Under the pieces are notes generated by a model, which saw only the letters and a program-made list of their open reading frames with translations, ran no database searches and had not been told where the DNA came from. From a virus, in IMG/VR virus record IMGVR_UViG_3300022665_000250, positions 1-42,992 of that record: 42,992 bases of DNA. The stretch is one strand, 5' to 3'. The position numbers and the translations under genes are program-made. Below are positions 19,035 to 27,622 of the stretch, piece by piece (position 1 is the first letter of the stretch; the number at the start of each line of letters is the position of its first letter).

Positions 19035-19636
19035 TGGTTCTTTTTGCTCGCAGAGATCTGGAACAGTACACTGATAGTTTGGCTAACTATTTACCGGGTG
19101 GAATTCTATTTGCATCAAAACGGATTAGTGATAGTAATTTCCGCAAGTTACTACGAGGTATGGCGGGAGAATTATTCAGAGTTAATGGCTTACTAAAAGA
19201 ATACAGCGAGCAAATTATTCCAGATCAAACGGTTAAATTTATCAGCGAATGGGAAAAAACGCTTGGTATCCCTGATGATTGTTTCAGCGGATCAGGTGAT
19301 TTAGACGATAGGCGTCGTGATGTGCTAGTTAAACTGTCTGCATTAGGGGTTCAGACTCAGCAGGACTTTATAGATTTAGCGTTATTATTTGGGATTGAAG
19401 TCCAGATCACAAGCGGTACTGAGACGGCCATGTTCCCTATTACATTTCCTTTCTTGTTTTTCAACTCGTTAAAAGAAGCGCGGTTTACTATTGTTATAAC
19501 ATTCACAGTGGCAGCATCAGAACGTTTTGAGTACACTTTTCCTATATTATTCGGTGGAGAAGAAATTGGCATACTTGAGTGTCTATTTGGCAAATTAAAA
19601 CCGGCAAACTGCAAAATAATATTCCAACAAATTTGA
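19034..19636 (+). CDS. baseplate/tail protein DUF2313 (Mu gp48, P2 gpI-like)
   Basis: YLPGGILFASKRISDSNFRKLLRGMAGEL...ISEWEKTLGIPD is typical of DUF2313. Confidence 0.75.
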   Translation: MVLFARRDLEQYTDSLANYLPGGILFASKRISDSNFRKLLRGMAGELFRVNGLLKEYSEQIIPDQTVKFISEWEKTLGIPDDCFSGSGDLDDRRRDVLVKLSALGVQTQQDFIDLALLFGIEVQITSGTETAMFPITFPFLFFNSLKEARFTIVITFTVAASERFEYTFPILFGGEEIGILECLFGKLKPANCKIIFQQI

Positions 19637-19643
19637 GGGCGGC

Positions 19644-20717
19644 ATGAGAGATCTAAACGACAAAACAACGGGATCAACTCTTCTCGCAATAGAATGGAAT
19701 GATCTTCCGTCTGAGTTGCAGAACATCATTGAGGCGCTGGGAATAACGCTTTCATCAAGCGATTTAAACCAACTCGGCAAAGCGATTGCCGGGTATGTCG
19801 CTAACGGCTTGTTCTATAGTGATAGTGGCGCGGCAAACGCCTATGTGTTATCTGTTATCGGGTCCAAACAATCAGTAACTGGATACACTGATGGAATGGT
19901 AGTGACTTTCGTAGCTGGGAATACAAACACAGCCGCTTCTACTGTCAATGTTGCTTCTCTCGGCGTTAAAAATATCAAATTATTAAGCGGGGATGACCCG
20001 GCTGCCGGGTCTATTAACGGGAATGTCAGGTTGAAATTCGACGCGTCGAATGATCGATTTGAACTGGATAGATCAGGACAGGTTGTAACAACGATCGTCG
20101 AATCATCAACGTCATTTACCCCTGCGCCGGATACAAAAACGATTAAGTTTACTGCTATTGGTGGTGGTGGGGGTGCTGGTGGTGTTGATGGCCAGGGAGC
20201 GGGTACTACCGCCCTGTCACCAGGCGCAGCTGCGGGATCCGTGGTGATTAAAACGATATCGATTATTGACTCAACATACACTATCACTATTGGCGCAGGA
20301 GGTGTTGGAGGTTTATCAGGCGCTAATGCTGGCACTCAAGGCGGGACAACTATTGTTCTATCGACAAATGTATCAATTAACTCAATAGGCGGTTTAGCTA
20401 GCGTAGGAATAACCGGGAATGCAGGGACAGGTTCATTTAATGGGGCCAATGGGGTGGTCCCAAACGGGGGCGATATTAACATACGGGGTTCAGGCGGGTC
20501 TATTTCCACTATCGTCAATGGAGACCCTGTTTTGTATGGAGACGGCGGACAATCATTTCACAATTCTTTTGCATCGGCGCCTATCATAAGCAGCATAGGC
20601 TTAATTGGCGCTACGTATGGCGGAGGGGCCAGTGGGTCTGCATCGATAGATGTTGCGACTAATTTTGCTGGTGCTGACGGTGCTGACGGTGTAGTAATTG
20701 TTGAGGAGTTTATATAA
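19644..20717 (+). CDS. tail fibre protein with glycine-rich C-terminal domain
   Basis: The N-terminus (LLAIEWNDLPSELQNIIEALG) is typical of fibre shoulder domains. The C-terminal half is Gly-rich (GGGGGAGGVDGQGAG...). Confidence 0.65.
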   Translation: MRDLNDKTTGSTLLAIEWNDLPSELQNIIEALGITLSSSDLNQLGKAIAGYVANGLFYSDSGAANAYVLSVIGSKQSVTGYTDGMVVTFVAGNTNTAASTVNVASLGVKNIKLLSGDDPAAGSINGNVRLKFDASNDRFELDRSGQVVTTIVESSTSFTPAPDTKTIKFTAIGGGGGAGGVDGQGAGTTALSPGAAAGSVVIKTISIIDSTYTITIGAGGVGGLSGANAGTQGGTTIVLSTNVSINSIGGLASVGITGNAGTGSFNGANGVVPNGGDINIRGSGGSISTIVNGDPVLYGDGGQSFHNSFASAPIISSIGLIGATYGGGASGSASIDVATNFAGADGADGVVIVEEFI

Positions 20718-21223
20718 TGCGAGTATTTAAAGTTGTGGATGGGGTTGTTACTCAAAGTGCGCTTTTTGATTTAATCGAAGACGGATGGGTCGCATCACAG
20801 GAAGGCGCGGGAATAGGCTGGATAGATAACGGTGATGGTACGTTTTCAGCGCCTGACGAAGATGAAATCAGCTTAGAGGACGCCCAGGCTACTCGACATG
20901 AATACGTAAATAATGCACGGAATCAGGCTATTATCTCCGGGGTCACTTACGGTGTTAATGTCTATGATAGTGATGCGGTCAGCCGAGAAAATATAACAGG
21001 TCTGCAGGCGGCCATCAGTAACGGTTATACGTTACCTGACAATTTCACCTGGCGCACTGCCGACAATACAGATGTTTCTTTTTCTCAAACTGATATTAAT
21101 GCCCTGTCCTATATCATGCTTGATCACGTCAATGATCAATATGTCATCAGTTGGGGATTAAAAGATAATATCGACGCAGCAACAACGGCAGCCGCAGTGA
21201 ACGCAATAACATGGCCTGTATAA
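20717..21223 (+). CDS. DUF4376-type tail fibre assembly/accessory protein
   Basis: 168 aa directly after the fibre gene. The central segment (YVNNARNQAIISGVTY...DSDAVSRENITG) is DUF4376-like. Confidence 0.55.
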   Translation: MRVFKVVDGVVTQSALFDLIEDGWVASQEGAGIGWIDNGDGTFSAPDEDEISLEDAQATRHEYVNNARNQAIISGVTYGVNVYDSDAVSRENITGLQAAISNGYTLPDNFTWRTADNTDVSFSQTDINALSYIMLDHVNDQYVISWGLKDNIDAATTAAAVNAITWPV

Positions 21224-21237
21224 TATGGGAGCGTTAG

Positions 21238-21642
21238 GTGTATAAACTATCACGAAAATCGCTATACAACATATCAAAAATCGACAAAAGACTGATAGAA
21301 ATCAGTCAATTAGCTATTACGCTGACCTTAGTTGACTTCGGTCATGGTAAATATGCCGGAAAACGATCAGCAAAAATGCAGCACGGTTTATATGTTTTGG
21401 GGAAATCTCAATGTGATGGTTACGACAATATCAGCAAACACCAATCAGGTTTAGCATTAGATTTTTATGCGTATGTTAACGGCAAAGCTAGCTGGGAAAG
21501 GCATCATTTGGCAATGGTGGCGGCTGCGGTTTTACAAGCCGCTGGCATTTTAGGTTATATAATATCATGGGGCGGATTATGGCGGTCTAAGCGGTCGAAA
21601 ATGTATGGCTGGGACATGCCGCACGTTGAGTTGATAGAATGA
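21238..21642 (+). CDS. endolysin, peptidase M15 (L-Ala-D-Glu / D-Ala-D-Ala peptidase type)
   Basis: GTG start with GGGAG 6 nt upstream. Contains HQSGLALDF and DMPHVEL zinc-ligand motifs of the M15 family. Confidence 0.75.
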   Translation: MYKLSRKSLYNISKIDKRLIEISQLAITLTLVDFGHGKYAGKRSAKMQHGLYVLGKSQCDGYDNISKHQSGLALDFYAYVNGKASWERHHLAMVAAAVLQAAGILGYIISWGGLWRSKRSKMYGWDMPHVELIE

Positions 21643-21854
21643 GTGCGCCGTTAAGAAAAACCCGCCGCCGCATTGCGTATTGGGTCATGACATTAATTAC
21701 CATGATAATTTTTTGGATGATGTTGCCCGGCGACATAGGGCAAATTGAACAGGCGTTGGCGTTGGTTGTTGTCCCATCATTGATTGCCATTGTGGTGGCG
21801 TTTATCACCGGGGAAACGTACTCAGATCATTCTGAGAGGAATAGCAAGCAATGA
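21639..21854 (+). CDS. membrane protein, holin candidate (2 TM)
   Basis: 71 aa with a basic N-terminus and two hydrophobic segments. ATGA overlap with the endolysin gene. Confidence 0.45.
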   Translation: MSAPLRKTRRRIAYWVMTLITMIIFWMMLPGDIGQIEQALALVVVPSLIAIVVAFITGETYSDHSERNSKQ

Positions 21855-22297
21855 TTGATACGCTAATGACGATCATGAGTTCTTCTGGCGTAGGTGCCAT
21901 CACTGGCGGAATATTTGGATGGTTGAATCGTCGTGAGGATAGAAAGGCTCAAAAGGACAATCAAGATTTTCAAATCAAAATGATAGGTGTGCAATCAACT
22001 GCTGACATTGGAGCCTCGGAGGCCAGAGCATTTGAGGAATCCCAAAAAACACTTAGCAAATTCGGTGACGCTATCAAATCCGCAGTCAGGCCGCTTATCA
22101 CTGGCATGCTGCTGTATATGGTGTGGGGCATCCTGCAGGGCCTTGAAGACATCACGGGTGGCCTGGTCAGCATGGATGCGGATACAGCGGCAGTATTGTA
22201 TCGGGACATCACATTGAATATAATCAGCCTAACAGCAACCGCCGTAAGCTGGTGGTTTGCAAGTAGACCAACATCAATTACTAAACTTCGGGGATAA
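21851..22297 (+). CDS. membrane protein, 3-TM holin-like
   Basis: 148 aa with an N-terminal TM, a charged helix and C-terminal TMs, resembling GTA-type 3TM holins. Overlapping start. Confidence 0.45.
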   Translation: MIDTLMTIMSSSGVGAITGGIFGWLNRREDRKAQKDNQDFQIKMIGVQSTADIGASEARAFEESQKTLSKFGDAIKSAVRPLITGMLLYMVWGILQGLEDITGGLVSMDADTAAVLYRDITLNIISLTATAVSWWFASRPTSITKLRG

Positions 22298-22303
22298 ATT
22301 ATA

Positions 22304-22384
22304 ATGGCAACTAAACCAGCACCTACACCACCCAGGAAGAATGCAGGCGGACGCGGCAAGCAGCGAGTTAAAAAACCGAAATGA
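22304..22384 (+). CDS. 26-aa very basic micro-ORF (MATKPAPTPPRKNAGGRGKQRVKKPK)
   Basis: Fills the gap between two lysis-cassette genes. Its stop overlaps the next ATG (ATGA). There is no other support. Confidence 0.2.
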   Translation: MATKPAPTPPRKNAGGRGKQRVKKPK

Positions 22385-22845
22385 TAACCACTGTCCTGCT
22401 TACAATTATAGCGCTCACCGTTTTGATTCAGCCGAACGCACCACGGTTATTTGCTGCTTTGTTGTTTGTAGGATTGACGCTAATTCATGAATTTTTCATG
22501 TCAGATCTTGATGGATTGGCGTATTACGGAAGTGCAGCGTTGTTAGACTTAGGGATAATCATACTAACAAGCGGGATCACACCAGTTCCTAAAATGGTTA
22601 TCGATTTGCATCGAATATGTATGGTATCAATATTGATTAATTTTATTGGTTGGTTAATTTGGCTAGCATATCTACCGCCCGCCGCTTACGATTCGGCTTT
22701 TGTTATACTTTACTTGTGGGCAGTATATATACTCATAAACAAGGACAGCGCTGATGTGGGAGGTTTTACAATGGGCGGCTGGGAGTCTTGCTTTCATTTC
22801 AATACTTACTCACGCATCAGCGGTATTGATCGCAACGGTGACTAA
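22381..22845 (+). CDS. multi-pass membrane protein
   Basis: 154 aa with about four hydrophobic segments, in the lysis cassette. Confidence 0.5.
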   Translation: MITTVLLTIIALTVLIQPNAPRLFAALLFVGLTLIHEFFMSDLDGLAYYGSAALLDLGIIILTSGITPVPKMVIDLHRICMVSILINFIGWLIWLAYLPPAAYDSAFVILYLWAVYILINKDSADVGGFTMGGWESCFHFNTYSRISGIDRNGD

Positions 22846-22847
22846 AA

Positions 22848-23099
22848 ATGAACGTCAAAGAAATAGCTCACGAGATAATAAACAGTCCGAAAGTTGCAAC
22901 CATTGTGGTGGGTTCAACTGCGGGAACCGGTGCAGGGTCAATTCTTGACTGGATACCTGATGACATTGGCAAACTTGCGGTATTGATCAGTATCATATTA
23001 TCAATGGTATTGATACCTGTCCACTTGGTGAAATTAAAGAAAGAACGCCTTGAGTTGAAAATCCTGAAACAGAAGTCGGCTAACCAACGCGAGGATTAG
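22848..23099 (+). CDS. small membrane protein (holin/antiholin-like), last late gene
   Basis: 83 aa with two hydrophobic segments and a charged C-terminal tail (KLKKERLELKILKQK). Confidence 0.5.
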   Translation: MNVKEIAHEIINSPKVATIVVGSTAGTGAGSILDWIPDDIGKLAVLISIILSMVLIPVHLVKLKKERLELKILKQKSANQRED

Positions 23100-23172
23100 G
23101 GAAAATACTTAAAGAGATACTGATCTACTTACCGCCTCCTACTTTGTGTATAACCAAATCAAAAATATGATA

Positions 23173-23195
23173 CACAAGCTGTCTTGTGGTTGTTT
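23173..23195 (+). terminator. weak terminator candidate at the end of the late operon
   Basis: CACAAG-ctgt-CTTGTG followed by GTTGTTT, located in the convergent intergenic region. Confidence 0.3.
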
Positions 23196-23281
23196 CGTCA
23201 GCGTCTAAAGCCAATGGTGATTTTTTTTGCGCCTACAATGTAGGCGGAGAAAATCAACGTTGCTTGACTTGCCCTTAATGG

Positions 23282-23644
23282 TCATTTTTCACAAATACTT
23301 AAAGACTTGCTGTGGATGTTGCCTATTACCTTAATCTTCAAGCGCCTATTGACTATGTCGAATAAAGGGATAAATGATTTTTCAGTTTGTTCAATTCCGG
23401 TTCGTTCAATGGCCCACATGAAATCCACCATTTTTACAATGCCGCGAATTTCCCAATCGTAATCAGCGTCAAAGTGGCTGTTTGAATATGGCTCTTCACT
23501 CCACACAAAGCATTCGTCGTTGCCATAAATCTCGACGCCATCAATATCGGTGAGTCCTGTAAAGATCGCAATGTGCCCGGAGACTGCAAGGGGCTTCATA
23601 ACTTTATACTTTGCGTCCCATGATCTTAGTTTTATTTCGTTCAT
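23282..23644 (-). CDS. YopX-family protein
   Basis: N-terminal KLRSWDAKYKVM and C-terminal KVIGNIH motifs are typical of YopX. Confidence 0.7.
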   Translation of the reverse strand: MNEIKLRSWDAKYKVMKPLAVSGHIAIFTGLTDIDGVEIYGNDECFVWSEEPYSNSHFDADYDWEIRGIVKMVDFMWAIERTGIEQTEKSFIPLFDIVNRRLKIKVIGNIHSKSLSICEK

Positions 23645-23648
23645 ATGA

Positions 23649-23894
23649 TTACCAATCTATTTTGCCGAAGCCGATTTCTTTTTTGCACTTCGGGCAATCA
23701 AAAACTTCATCCGTGCCATCACATCCAAATCCATCCTCACCTAGCAGTATCTCGTATATATAGCCGTCGTCATTTAATGATGTGATGTCAAATAAGTTAA
23801 AATAATGGTCACAATGAGGGCACGATACATTCGCAGTTATCTGCAACGTACCGTCAACTTTCTTCAATTCACTCATCTGCTCACCTGATCCCAA
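23649..23894 (-). CDS. zinc-ribbon protein
   Basis: 81 aa with CPHC...CPKC cysteine pairs. Confidence 0.5.
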   Translation of the reverse strand: MGSGEQMSELKKVDGTLQITANVSCPHCDHYFNLFDITSLNDDGYIYEILLGEDGFGCDGTDEVFDCPKCKKEIGFGKIDW

Positions 23895-24079
23895 CTATGT
23901 ATTTCAAGCGCATCAAACACAATACACTCACGTATCCATCCCTCAATATCGCCCGTGGATAGCGTCACGCCTTTGCTTGCGTAGACCACCTTTTTGATTT
24001 CATCAATTGATTTTCCCTCTCGAAAACAAGCGATAACTTGATCGGGACTGAAACTTTTCCCGGCCGCGATGTAATTCAA
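23873..24079 (-). CDS. hypothetical protein
   Basis: 68-aa ORF, co-oriented, with overlapping junctions on both sides. Confidence 0.45.
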   Translation of the reverse strand: MNYIAAGKSFSPDQVIACFREGKSIDEIKKVVYASKGVTLSTGDIEGWIRECIVFDALEIHSWDQVSR

Positions 24080-24324
24080 TTGTTGTCTCCCTGCATCCTC
24101 TCAATTAAATCAATTAAATCCTGCACCGTGACAATCTTTTTGAGATCCTCGTCCGCAATCATGTCTAAACCAAGGTCATCTTCGACGCCCATGATTATTT
24201 CAACGAAATCAAGGCTGTCCGCTCTAAGGTCTCCACAAATTCTATCCGTTGTCGCAGGGAATTCAGGCAAATCGAGTTGCTTCGCAATAGAAATTAATAC
24301 GCTTTTTTCGACAGTTAATGTCAT
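24076..24324 (-). CDS. acyl carrier protein (phosphopantetheine-binding)
   Basis: 82 aa. DLRADSLDFVEIIMGVEDDLGLDM...TVQDLIDLIE aligns with the canonical ACP motif [21 protein letters not shown], including the DSL serine. Confidence 0.75.
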   Translation of the reverse strand: MTLTVEKSVLISIAKQLDLPEFPATTDRICGDLRADSLDFVEIIMGVEDDLGLDMIADEDLKKIVTVQDLIDLIERMQGDNN

Positions 24325-24506
24325 TTTCTCGCCTCAAGTATTTCTTCTTCCTGGACAATGCCGTTAGTTGTTATATAGCTCATAGTGTATGGGTGGAATT
24401 TGGAATTTCCCATCACGTATTCTATTCTTGATATCAACAGTTTTTGGCCTTCCATATGTCTGACCCAGTATCCAACTTTGTATTTAGGTTTGTCGCTCAT
24501 GATCAT
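24321..24506 (-). CDS. hypothetical protein
   Basis: 61-aa ORF with ATGA overlap to the ACP gene. Confidence 0.45.
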   Translation of the reverse strand: MIMSDKPKYKVGYWVRHMEGQKLLISRIEYVMGNSKFHPYTMSYITTNGIVQEEEILEARK

Positions 24507-24657
24507 TCTCGGTTAACGTGATAATTGAATCTGCCGCTTACTATCTTGTCTGAATTTTTTCCAAGTCATCCGTCTATAGAATTTATCTGACGGTAAATAG
24601 TTCCAGTAGCCACCTATTCTTCTCAAGCCTCTTCGACGAGGGCTTTTGTTCCCTGTG

Positions 24658-24840
24658 TTATTCATCCTGGGTATCGGGTGTGCTGGTGTCAATGTGCGGT
24701 GTGAATGCCAAGAAATCTGTCATCGTCCTAAAGCGTTGAAGCTTTTCTAGCAGCATGTCCGAGCCTGATTTGAGTTTTTTGTTCTCCAACTTAAGGGCCT
24801 CTAACTCTTTAACAATTTCATCCATCTGTGGGCCTGTCAT
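24658..24840 (-). CDS. hypothetical coiled-coil protein
   Basis: 60-aa ORF with ATGA overlap to the upstream gene. The C-terminus is STPDTQDE. Confidence 0.45.
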   Translation of the reverse strand: MTGPQMDEIVKELEALKLENKKLKSGSDMLLEKLQRFRTMTDFLAFTPHIDTSTPDTQDE

Positions 24841-25028
24841 GATTCTGATTCCTGGGTATCGGGTGTGCTAATAATGGGTAGCTCGGGCATGGGCATCCAG
24901 TGGGTTACTTCGTCTTCCCAGTCGCCGTCTTTCTTTTCCGAAAACATACCGCCATATTGTGTCTTACCATTGACCTTAACCCTGACTTCATACGGCCGTT
25001 CGCGTTCTGGGTGGTAGATAATTGACAT
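24837..25028 (-). CDS. DUF551-like protein
   Basis: VTHWMPMPELP is the DUF551 C-terminal signature. The C-terminus is STPDTQESES. Confidence 0.6.
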   Translation of the reverse strand: MSIIYHPERERPYEVRVKVNGKTQYGGMFSEKKDGDWEDEVTHWMPMPELPIISTPDTQESES

Positions 25029-25037
25029 ATTAATTGC

Positions 25038-26144
25038 TCAGTAACTAATATAAACGTTATCGATTATTTTTTTTGCGATAATTGTAATTACTTCCTTCGC
25101 AATCTCTCCGTCTATTCCATTAGCCACTAAGCCATCGACCGCGTCATTGTGAACTTTTGCTCTGCGTTTTTTGTTGCGCTCTCTTTTCTCGGTCTCAAGA
25201 CGGACACACTTAGCTTTCTCTTCGGCTTCGCGCTTCACCCTGGCCTCTGCGTCTATAACCGCCTGTTTTTTCTCTTCTACACGACGCGCTTCCAATATCA
25301 CCGCTTCTTTCTTTGCCTGTTTTTCTCGCTCAACAGCCTCTTTCTTTGCATTTTCAGCTTCACGTTTTGCTATTGCCTCGCGCTCGATAGCCTCCTGCTT
25401 TTCTAGTTCGATACGTTCGGCTTTATCTTCAGCCGCTATGATATCATCTTTCGCCTTTTGCTCAGCCGCCTTGATTTTGAGTTCTGCTTTTTGCTCGGCT
25501 GCCACCCTGGCATCTTCGGCGATCCTCTCTTCACGTTCTTTTTGATCCCTGGCGACTTGTTCTTTTCGCAAGCGTTCTAGTTCGGCTTTCTCTGATTCCG
25601 CCTTCTCTGCCTGCGTGAGAGCGTCCTGGAGATATTGCATCGATATCTTGAATTCACGAGTAGCTTCGGCCATGTATTCGTCGAAAGAATCGTCAGGCTC
25701 AAGATTTTTCAGATCCTCAATGTGATCTTTTATCAACGCGATAGGTGCTGCGTGTAGTGTGATCTGTCTAATGCCGACAATCTCATCGAACCTTTCTTCG
25801 ATTGCGGCCTTCCTTGATTTTTCTTTTTCTTCGATAGCCTTTAACGGCGCGGCGTGGACTTCGATCATTTCTTCAACTTCTGATATGATTTCCCCTGCTT
25901 CAGAATCAACCCGCCTGCCGTAATCCAGACTCGACTTTTTCTCATTTTTCCGCGCGTTATCTATTGCTGTTTTTGTTTTCCGTAGTTGATACACATGAGA
26001 CCTGGCGTCTTTGTTGCCTTTGTCATCTGAGTAATCGAAAACCATACTTGAATTATGTTGTTTTAGTTCGGCCAATTGCGCTCTGAATTTGTCGTAAGCC
26101 GCTATTGGTCGATCAGAATCTATTTGTAGTTCACTCATTTCCAT
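25038..26144 (-). CDS. coiled-coil protein (DUF1351-like), recombination-module associated
   Basis: 368 aa with a long E/K/A-rich helix. It sits next to the exonuclease/annealase pair, as DUF1351 proteins do. Confidence 0.4.
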   Translation of the reverse strand: MEMSELQIDSDRPIAAYDKFRAQLAELKQHNSSMVFDYSDDKGNKDARSHVYQLRKTKTAIDNARKNEKKSSLDYGRRVDSEAGEIISEVEEMIEVHAAPLKAIEEKEKSRKAAIEERFDEIVGIRQITLHAAPIALIKDHIEDLKNLEPDDSFDEYMAEATREFKISMQYLQDALTQAEKAESEKAELERLRKEQVARDQKEREERIAEDARVAAEQKAELKIKAAEQKAKDDIIAAEDKAERIELEKQEAIEREAIAKREAENAKKEAVEREKQAKKEAVILEARRVEEKKQAVIDAEARVKREAEEKAKCVRLETEKRERNKKRRAKVHNDAVDGLVANGIDGEIAKEVITIIAKKIIDNVYISY

Positions 26145-26745
26145 ACCCTAATTCTTTAAGTTGATGCTTTTTTTCTGACATTTTGTCGGTGAAATTTTGT
26201 ATCGCCGCTGATAATAGAGAGATGTATTTGCCATCTCTATTAACTCTGATAATCATTGGCTCAAGAACAGGGTGATATGAAATGAAATCGAACCAATCTC
26301 GCTCTGTTATCCAAAGTGCTCCTTGCACCTGTGGCACATATGTCGATGGTATTTTGTCCGCCATTAAATATTTGACATGGATGCCTGGTTTTGGACATTT
26401 TATTTCTATTCCTCCATCGTCGCCGACCAATCCATCCGGGCTGCACCCTGCAAAGTCGTTAGTAACAAAACCGACCTGATCAACGTCAACATTTTTCTTC
26501 ATCTCGTAAAATGTCCTCGCGCTTTCCTCCAATTCGTGTCCGCGTTCTGTCCACATGTTGCCCTCCCATGACTCCAGGGGCTCGCCCGCCATCCATTCAG
26601 CCAGCAGAGTATTCATGTAGTCGGCAGATTGTGTGGACGCCTTGCCAGTGCTCGTTATTATTTTGCTAAATTCTGATGCCGTCGGAATAGCCAATCTCAG
26701 ATCAAGCCATTCTGGTGAATTTTGTTCAACGTCATGTATTTTCAT
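26131..26745 (-). CDS. YqaJ-type (lambda Exo-like) recombination exonuclease
   Basis: The N-terminal QNSPEWLDLRLAIPTASEFSKI and the PD-(D/E)XK core (DG..GIEIKC) support the call. Confidence 0.8.
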   Translation of the reverse strand: MKIHDVEQNSPEWLDLRLAIPTASEFSKIITSTGKASTQSADYMNTLLAEWMAGEPLESWEGNMWTERGHELEESARTFYEMKKNVDVDQVGFVTNDFAGCSPDGLVGDDGGIEIKCPKPGIHVKYLMADKIPSTYVPQVQGALWITERDWFDFISYHPVLEPMIIRVNRDGKYISLLSAAIQNFTDKMSEKKHQLKELGYGNE

Positions 26746-27485
26746 GATTTTTTCTTCCGTTTTGAAATTAAATCCATCGCACTTTTAAAATAACCCTCTT
26801 GCAAATCCGCCACAGAATTAATTTTGTAATGCTTTAACCACCTGGTTTCATCGATTTCGTGCTCATCTAGCACGGCCACTAGGCTCAACCTTTGCGCTTC
26901 CGATATCATTTTTACGGGATCAGAGCCTCTGCCATCATCATCACTATCCGCCGATGCAAGTCCAGTTGCTGCTAATAATGTGTATCTTTGGAGATAAGTG
27001 ACGGTTGACCCGATAGCCTGTATGCTGTTTTTCCCGCCTGATTGATCGTCATTAGCGCGCATTGATACGCTTTCAGAGTGCCCTAGAGAGTGAGTTACAA
27101 TGCAGGTCACTGTGATAGCGCTATCTTGATTTATGTCCCATCTAAATGACAACCCGTGCTTCGCCATGCCATCACTAATAGCATTAGCAACATGATCTAG
27201 GCTGGCGTGATTGTATTCCGTTTTCCCTTTGTTGGTTTTAAATGAGACATGTTTGTTTTTTCTAATAACAGGCGGGGCGGCTTTAAACGCTGTCATTGCT
27301 ACCACAAAAGCTTTCCTGGCCTCGTTTTTCTCCCATCGTTCCTGCAGATCCATGAGTTGCTGCATTTGCTCTAAGCTCGCGCCTTTATCGATTGCTGTTT
27401 GCAGCATTAACATCGGCGTTACTGTCGGCAAATTGCCATCAGATTTGATCTCTGCCGTTACGATTTCTTTCATTTGCTTGCCCAT
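26742..27485 (-). CDS. ERF-family single-strand annealing protein
   Basis: YNHASLDHV....GLSFRW...VTCIVTHSLGHSES....IQAIGSTVTYLQRYTL follows the ERF pattern. It is paired with the exonuclease gene. Confidence 0.7.
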   Translation of the reverse strand: MGKQMKEIVTAEIKSDGNLPTVTPMLMLQTAIDKGASLEQMQQLMDLQERWEKNEARKAFVVAMTAFKAAPPVIRKNKHVSFKTNKGKTEYNHASLDHVANAISDGMAKHGLSFRWDINQDSAITVTCIVTHSLGHSESVSMRANDDQSGGKNSIQAIGSTVTYLQRYTLLAATGLASADSDDDGRGSDPVKMISEAQRLSLVAVLDEHEIDETRWLKHYKINSVADLQEGYFKSAMDLISKRKKKS

Positions 27486-27622
27486 TTGTCCCTCTCAATT
27501 AGTAGCTCAAAACAACGCTTCATCGCTCTGGTTCGATTGCTTGATTCGCCCAAGCAGAGCACCCCAGATTTATGTCGGTAGCTGGCGCAATAAATCCCGT
27601 CTGATTTTTTCGTGATTTTCAT
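27470..27622 (-). CDS. 50-aa hypothetical protein
   Basis: ATGA overlap with the upstream gene stop and a 16-nt overlap with the ERF start. It fills an otherwise empty 133-bp gap. Translation was checked codon by codon. Confidence 0.4.
   Translation of the reverse strand: MKITKKSDGIYCASYRHKSGVLCLGESSNRTRAMKRCFELLIERDKWASK

Noticed and set aside
23229-23247. 7-bp perfect hairpin CGCCTAC-aat-GTAGGCG in the convergent intergenic region, considered as a bidirectional terminator.
   Set aside because: The T8 run lies 5' of the stem on the plus strand, which places an A run 3' of it on the minus strand. It therefore fits an intrinsic terminator in neither direction. It may still be an RNA stability element.
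24626-24650. Terminator-like hairpin AGCCTC-ttcgac-GAGGGCT followed by TTTTGTT on the plus strand.
   Set aside because: It lies in a gap within the minus-strand operon, with no plus-strand gene upstream. On the minus strand it has no U tract. At best it blocks antisense read-through, so I did not call it.
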